A DNA stretch of 64,000 nucleotides from Selaginella moellendorffii (taxonomy: Eukaryota > Plantae > Lycopodiophyta), in contig NW_003314307.1 of assembly GCF_000143415.4 (NCBI RefSeq), positions 816,859 through 880,858 on the forward strand, written 5' to 3'. Each line of letters starts with the position of its first letter. The first letter of the stretch is position 1. Shown piece after piece: positions 63,876-64,000 of the stretch. A program made the translations under genes and the position numbers. Under the pieces are notes generated by a model. That model ran no database searches, was not told where the DNA came from, and was given only the letters and a program-made list of their open reading frames with translations.

Positions 63876-64000
63876 CTGGAAGAAAAAATGTAATTGTTCA
63901 GGGTTTAAACTCAAATGTCGCAATGTTTCACCTTGAATGCTTCTAGAAGTTTCAGGGGAGAGGAGGAAGGTTAGACACTAGATCAAACTTCAAATTTAAA

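Noticed and set aside
1-64000. CRISPR array, rRNA genes or prokaryotic operons
   Set aside because: No short repeat-spacer array or rRNA motifs; content is eukaryotic nuclear.

Overview
Eukaryotic nuclear DNA, most likely a land plant (PLS-class PPR fragments, plant-type tRNA-Ala(AGC), plant DUF3067 last exon; a lycophyte/fern-like host is only my inference). Almost the whole window is one nested segmental-duplication array. Read in the gene's direction, the basic unit is: tRNA-Ala(AGC) gene or fragment, a His/Pro-rich single-pass membrane-protein ORF (6 copies visible), an HMA-like fragment, a PPR fragment, then a 2.5-3.3 kb AT-rich block. Hand translation shows the AT-rich block is a heavily C>T/G>A-decayed Mutator-like (MULE) DDE transposase with a C-terminal SWIM zinc finger; it occurs in two diverged subtypes, A and B. 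Units form a higher-order repeat, direct at ~1-50415 and inverted at ~50416-63557. Insertions made before the later duplications: one small Ty3/gypsy element (3 copies; ~176-bp LTRs, tRNA-Ala PBS, 4-bp TSD ATCT) and a RepHel Helitron (2 copies), the first followed head-to-tail by a mini-Helitron carrying a captured PPR fragment. Copy-specific insertions: a 1.4-kb element with 233-bp INVERTED TG..CA termini and a 5-bp TSD, a pol-PPT-LTR-PBS fragment of a second gypsy family, and short templated fillers. Three N gaps, two inside His-rich ORFs, make copy number and intactness uncertain. All homology calls come from motif recognition by eye; no searches were run.
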